From: Bdellovibrionales bacterium
Lineage (GTDB): Bacteria; Bdellovibrionota; Bdellovibrionia; Bdellovibrionales; UBA1609
Direction: 5' to 3'
DNA: 64,000 nt
NCBI GenBank assembly: GCA_965199825.1
Contig: OZ241329.1
Coordinates: 32,001 to 96,000 of the forward strand
The translations under genes and the position numbers were made by a program. The notes beneath the pieces were generated by a model. That model ran no database searches, was not told the origin of the DNA, and was given only the letters and a program-made list of their open reading frames with translations. Shown here one piece after another: positions 59,447 through 64,000 of the stretch; the first letter of the stretch is position 1; each line of letters starts with the position of its first letter.

Positions 59447-60688
59447 ATGAACTGGTCAATGGCCTTAAACATTGGTGAGGCCTTCGCCGAGGTTGTTCTC
59501 GTACGCGGAACCGAACAGCGGTCTCATCGATGGTTTCTTCCGGGTTTGCAATTTCCAAAAGTCCTTAATGAGTGGCTCAAGGCCGAAGACATCGGCGTGC
59601 TAGATTCTGTCCGAATCAGTGTTGATTGGATCAACACCATCATTCATCGAAAATTGGGACATCTCTGTGCGCTGATAGTCACCACCGGCTTTGAAAATCT
59701 TTTGGAACTGAACGGCCTTACTTCGATTCCGATTTCGCGTGATCATATCTTAGGATTATCTGAGCGCACTTTGGCGTTGGGGGAAATTTTGATCGAGCCC
59801 TCCACCGAAGATCTTGAATTTTTGGTGGCAAAACTTGAGCTCTTAAAAATTCGTCATGTGGCCGTGGGTCTTTTGCATAGTGATAAAAATGCGGCCAATC
59901 AAAACAAGGTGAAAACATTTTTTGAGGCTCATGGATTGAAAGTCTACACCTCAGAAACTCATGGATCAGAAAAAGAGCGCTGGAACGAAGCCTTGCTCAA
60001 TGCCTCTTGCACCGAACTTTATGAGCAGTGGCTTGAGGCGATCATCACAACTCTCGAACCTTATGTTACTCTTGAAACTCCGATAGAGATTTTGACCGAA
60101 AATGGTTTTATTTCTGCTCGCCAAAAACACAGCGCGGTGAGCACCCGCTCTGGACTCAAAAATTCACTCAAACGGTTTTTTAAATCTCAACCCTTTACTT
60201 ATTTTGGTTTAGAGCAATTTTTTGATTTCACCGACGAAGACCTGCCGCTTCAACCTCTAAACACCTTACGCACCGGATTTTTTGGCGTGGTGGAATTCCA
60301 TACCAAGTCGGTTCAATATGAAGTTGGGCCAATGGGATTTGGTCGCGGACAAAATGTGACGGTTTTAGATATAGCGTGGCAGGAACTGCAGATGAGTGAG
60401 CCCGCAGAACTGCTTCAAAAATTTTCGGACAAGAGCAGAAAAAGAATTAACGAAGCTCTTTTGGCTTTGTCGCGACCTCTCTTAAATGAAGAGCGCACAA
60501 GCGCATTTAATCTTTTAGAAATTTTAAAATCTGAAATGCGCTACGCGTTTGCCGATCTCAAGGGCCATCAAATGAGTGGTCCACTGGCAAAAACATTTGC
60601 CCCTCTGATGCCGCACCCTTCGCATTTGATCAAACAGGGTTTGGGATTTGAAGCCTCGCTTGGACTTTTAAAGGAACGTGATGAATAA
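59447..60688 (+). CDS. Hydantoinase/oxoprolinase A-like protein (degenerate)
   Basis: ALIVTTGFENLL, LSERT...GEI, VAVGLLHS and GP..FGRG...TVLD resemble HyuA. Confidence 0.7.
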   Translation: MNWSMALNIGEAFAEVVLVRGTEQRSHRWFLPGLQFPKVLNEWLKAEDIGVLDSVRISVDWINTIIHRKLGHLCALIVTTGFENLLELNGLTSIPISRDHILGLSERTLALGEILIEPSTEDLEFLVAKLELLKIRHVAVGLLHSDKNAANQNKVKTFFEAHGLKVYTSETHGSEKERWNEALLNASCTELYEQWLEAIITTLEPYVTLETPIEILTENGFISARQKHSAVSTRSGLKNSLKRFFKSQPFTYFGLEQFFDFTDEDLPLQPLNTLRTGFFGVVEFHTKSVQYEVGPMGFGRGQNVTVLDIAWQELQMSEPAELLQKFSDKSRKRINEALLALSRPLLNEERTSAFNLLEILKSEMRYAFADLKGHQMSGPLAKTFAPLMPHPSHLIKQGLGFEASLGLLKERDE

Positions 60689-62060
60689 ACGAATTGATTC
60701 GCAACATTTATTTGCTCAACTCAAAAGTTGCGTGCGCAAATCTCAGTTGCTCGCCCTCTCGCTCAACGGCAAAACATGCCTTTCGATGGAAGCCCAAGAA
60801 TTGGTCGATCTTGGTTTGATTCCCTTGGCTCTTGAAACCACCACCAAGTATTTTAGTCTCAAACCGGGCGAGATGGTGATGCTCAATGATCCCTACAGTG
60901 GTGGATCTGGGCCGATGACTCTGACGGTGATCGGAGCGATCACTAAAGACTTTTTTGCGGTCGACCGTATTGGTTTTAGAAATCACGGAACTTTGAGAAT
61001 TCCCCCCACTCCGGTTCAACCTGCGATACTTGAGATCTTAAAAAATCATCCTGAAAGCTCAAAAGACTTTGAAATCTTGGTTCCTGAATTTATTAAAAAA
61101 TTTGAAACCAAATTGCAGAACTTAAAAACAAGTCGAAGTTTTATAGATTTACAAAAAAGTATTCCGCGCATTCATGAGGCGCTGACATTTTCGCAGCAGA
61201 TCTTTTCGGATCGACTACGCGAAATGCCCAGTAGCGAAGCGATTGATGAGATCCACTTCCAAGACCACACAAAAATCCGATTAAAAACTTCGATCAAGCA
61301 TGGAGATATGAGTTTTGATTTTAGTGGAACATCCGCACCTTTAGGTTTTGGAATCAATGACCGAGCGACCGCAGGGGTTTGCCTTTCGTCTTTACTTAAA
61401 GCGATTCAGTTTAGTGGACCAGTTCATTCAAAACTTTTTGATTGTTTAAAAATTCAGACCCCCCAAAATTCTATTGTGAATGCCAAATTTCCATTTTCGC
61501 TCGAGCTTGGTTTAACCGAAGGGGCACGAGCCTTATCGGTTTTGGTTTTACGCACTCTTCGGCATCTGGATCGAAGTCTTTCCACCGCAGAAAATTGCAC
61601 AGGGCTTTGCACTTACAAACTCAAATTTGAATCCGGCAAAAGCTTTAGCGATCATCTGCTGCCTGGGACCGGAGCCAGTGATCATTGCCATGGCACGCAT
61701 GGGGTCCGGTTTTTAGAAAGTGTTGAGAATATCGAACAACACTTTCCGTTAAGATTTCATACTTTTAATTTGCGCAAAAATTCTGGCGGCGGCGGTGAAT
61801 ATCTCGGAGGACTGGGTCAAACCAAGGTGATCGAGGTGCTTGAAAATGGCCATCTCGATTGGTCGATGCTGCCTTATCACCATAGCCCCGAAGGGGTTCA
61901 GGGCGGTCAAGCCGGGAGTTTATCTGAAATCGCTTTGATTCGAAAGGGTCATCACGACCTGATTCATTTGCCTTATAAGGGACTCGAGACTGTTTTCGCC
62001 GGTGACCGTATTATTTTACAGACCGGCGGGGGTGGTGGGTTTGGCGAGGTTCAGGTCTGA
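60681..62060 (+). CDS. Hydantoinase B/oxoprolinase-like protein (degenerate)
   Basis: LKPGE..MLNDPYSGG, FDFSGTS, SGGGGEYLGG and GDRIILQTGGGGGFG. Confidence 0.82.
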   Translation: MNKRIDSQHLFAQLKSCVRKSQLLALSLNGKTCLSMEAQELVDLGLIPLALETTTKYFSLKPGEMVMLNDPYSGGSGPMTLTVIGAITKDFFAVDRIGFRNHGTLRIPPTPVQPAILEILKNHPESSKDFEILVPEFIKKFETKLQNLKTSRSFIDLQKSIPRIHEALTFSQQIFSDRLREMPSSEAIDEIHFQDHTKIRLKTSIKHGDMSFDFSGTSAPLGFGINDRATAGVCLSSLLKAIQFSGPVHSKLFDCLKIQTPQNSIVNAKFPFSLELGLTEGARALSVLVLRTLRHLDRSLSTAENCTGLCTYKLKFESGKSFSDHLLPGTGASDHCHGTHGVRFLESVENIEQHFPLRFHTFNLRKNSGGGGEYLGGLGQTKVIEVLENGHLDWSMLPYHHSPEGVQGGQAGSLSEIALIRKGHHDLIHLPYKGLETVFAGDRIILQTGGGGGFGEVQV

Positions 62061-63271
62061 ATCACCGCGCCTAAAGAAATTAATTTTTGACGGATCTCAT
62101 CAATATGATCGAGACTCTTAGTCTCCAAAACAAATTCAATTTGTGTTTCGCTAAATGTTAGGTGGGTACTCAACCGGTCGTGATGGACTTGGAGGATATT
62201 GGCCCGTGTTTCGGCGATTGCACCGGTTAACAAATGAAGAATTCCGGGACGATCAAAAACGGTAACCCGAATGCGCGTGAGTCTTCCGCGTTGTGAGAGC
62301 CCGCGCTCAATCAATTTTGACATCATGTTTAGATCAATATTGCCGCCACATAAAAGAATGCAGGTCTTTTCGCCCAAGTTCCAGTTGGCTTTGGCTGCGG
62401 CTGCAAGTCCAATCGCTCCCGATCCTTCGACCACCGCCTTTGCGCGCTCGAGCAGCATCACGATGGCCTCTGCAATTTCGTCTTCTTTTACCGTTACAAT
62501 ATCATCCACATATTTTGAGAGATAGAGATCACAGATTTCGGGAGTTGCGGTTTTGATCGCAAGCCCCTCGGCAATGGTTGGCCGCTTGGTCGATTGCTTT
62601 TGTCCTTCACCCTTAAAAAGATGATACATCGCAGGTGCATGCTCAGGTACCGCCCCGTAAATCCGCACCTTGGGATTTAACGTCTTGATTGCTGTGGCGA
62701 TGCCACTCATCAACCCACCCCCACCCACCGGGATCACAATCGAATCAAGGTCAGGAAGTTGCTCTAAAACTTCAAGCCCGATTGTGCCTTGTCCGGCAAT
62801 CACCAAAGAATCAAGATAAGGGTGAACGAAGGTATAACCCTTTTGTTTTTCGAGCTCGCGCGCGTGAGCATAAGCCTCATCATAAATATCGCCGTGAAGA
62901 ATGACATGAGCCCCGTAACCCTGAGTCGCCGCGACTTTAACAAGCGGTGAGGTCACGGGCATTACGATATTGGCCTTTACCCCAACACGCGCTGCCGAAT
63001 AGGCAACACCTTGGGCATGATTGCCCGCACTGCTTGCGACAACACCGCAGCGCTTTTCTTCTCCGTTAAGATTTAAAATTTTATTAAGAGCACCGCGAAT
63101 TTTAAAACTTCCGGTGGTCTGTTGATTTTCAAATTTGAGATATGTTTTTGCACCCAGCCACTTGGTAAAACTTCGCGAGTAGCCCAGTTGGGTGATTTGA
63201 ATTTCATTTTGGATCAGCTTGCGAGCGCGCTCAATATCTTCAAGCGTGATCGCCTTCACTCTTGTTCCCAT
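62051..63271 (-). CDS. ilvA: Threonine ammonia-lyase with C-terminal ACT domain
   Basis: KFENQQTTGSFKIRGA, SAGNHAQG, PVGGGGL, GGNID and DRPG ACT motif. Confidence 0.93.
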   Translation of the reverse strand: MGTRVKAITLEDIERARKLIQNEIQITQLGYSRSFTKWLGAKTYLKFENQQTTGSFKIRGALNKILNLNGEEKRCGVVASSAGNHAQGVAYSAARVGVKANIVMPVTSPLVKVAATQGYGAHVILHGDIYDEAYAHARELEKQKGYTFVHPYLDSLVIAGQGTIGLEVLEQLPDLDSIVIPVGGGGLMSGIATAIKTLNPKVRIYGAVPEHAPAMYHLFKGEGQKQSTKRPTIAEGLAIKTATPEICDLYLSKYVDDIVTVKEDEIAEAIVMLLERAKAVVEGSGAIGLAAAAKANWNLGEKTCILLCGGNIDLNMMSKLIERGLSQRGRLTRIRVTVFDRPGILHLLTGAIAETRANILQVHHDRLSTHLTFSETQIEFVLETKSLDHIDEIRQKLISLGAVIQT

Positions 63272-63483
63272 AAAGCATTAAGGCCTTGAATTGGCCAACA
63301 TTCGCCGGGCAGAAACACAGGGCGGAGACCAAAATCTGAGGATAGTGGAGCAAGCGCTTGATCAAAAAAATAAAAGGGCGAAAAGTGTTTTCCACATCCG
63401 TCACATTTTGAAACAGATTCGATCTTGGATTCGGTGATGCTGCTACAAATGTGACATCTTCGGATATTTGATATTGATTTCAA
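63256..63483 (-). CDS. Small double Zn-ribbon protein
   Basis: CHIC and CDGC pairs, PFYFFD; AGAGGGG RBS before a TTG start. Confidence 0.6.
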   Translation of the reverse strand: MKSISNIRRCHICSSITESKIESVSKCDGCGKHFSPFYFFDQALAPLSSDFGLRPVFLPGECWPIQGLNALWEQE

Positions 63484-63599
63484 AACTGTGCCCCCTCTTT
63501 CTAGTTTAGTCTGATAAACAGAGGGGCCGCAAGAGGGTGTGGTGACCAATGACTTTTCACACCGTTGTGATTAAAGGACTTAACGCAGACTTGCCCTAA

Positions 63600-64000
63600 T
63601 TATTCTTCGCACACTTCGGCAATGGACGCGAGCGTCACCGGATCCAGCGAGGCTTTGCCAATCAAAAACCCATCGACCACCGCAAGTTGAGCCAAGGATT
63701 TTGCGTTCTGCTCGTTAACACTTCCTCCGTAAAGAACCGGCGCTTTTTTGGGCAATATATCCAATATGATCTGATGCGCCTCTTTGACCTGTTCGATACT
63801 TGCCACTTCGCCGGTCCCAATTGCCCAAACCGGCTCATAGGCAATCACAAATTTTTTGTTTGGATCTAATAATTTTAAGCCGACATCAAGTTGGCGTTTG
63901 AGAACTTCGCGCACCTGATTATTTTTTCGCTGATCTAGGGTTTCGCCCACACAGAGTAGCGGAATGAGTCCGGCTCCTTGAGCGATCTTAAACTTTGTTT
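63600..64000 (-). CDS. tpiA: Triosephosphate isomerase (5' part outside the window)
   Basis: CVGET, IAYEPVWAIGTG, VLYGGSVN and DGFLIG. Confidence 0.96.
   Translation of the reverse strand, partial: TKFKIAQGAGLIPLLCVGETLDQRKNNQVREVLKRQLDVGLKLLDPNKKFVIAYEPVWAIGTGEVASIEQVKEAHQIILDILPKKAPVLYGGSVNEQNAKSLAQLAVVDGFLIGKASLDPVTLASIAEVCEE

Overview
A 64 kb stretch of a bacterial chromosome that looks like a Bdellovibrionota (Bdellovibrio-like predator) genome. This is inferred from a PopA/major-OMP-like porin, a Bd1075-like LD-carboxypeptidase next to fliL, a QNC-type lipoprotein and orphan FliG-C/FliL genes. Most of the window is housekeeping: queA-tgt, mgtE, a ten-gene heme biosynthesis operon with an embedded two-component system, the four-gene ligase-associated DNA repair cluster (MBL exonuclease, ATP-dependent ligase, Lhr-core helicase, PdeM), an olsB/olsA-like pair, nrdR-nusB-ppsR, an M16 peptidase pair, cmk-rpsA-sppA-HIT-mce-rhomboid, hydantoinase/oxoprolinase A/B-like genes, ilvA and a partial tpiA, plus tRNA-Leu(GAG) and tRNA-Met(CAT). 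The most unusual part is the accessory region just 3' of tRNA-Leu (about 4.2-6.3 kb). There a stand-alone HNH endonuclease gene sits in a ~1.4 kb unit bracketed by diverged direct repeats. The repeats begin at the tRNA 3' end and keep a hairpin through a compensatory change. A GCGGGCACGAT motif recurs four times in and around the gene, and a structured non-coding segment lies upstream. No integrase, transposase or CRISPR array was seen. All protein calls come from motif recognition by eye, with no database searches.
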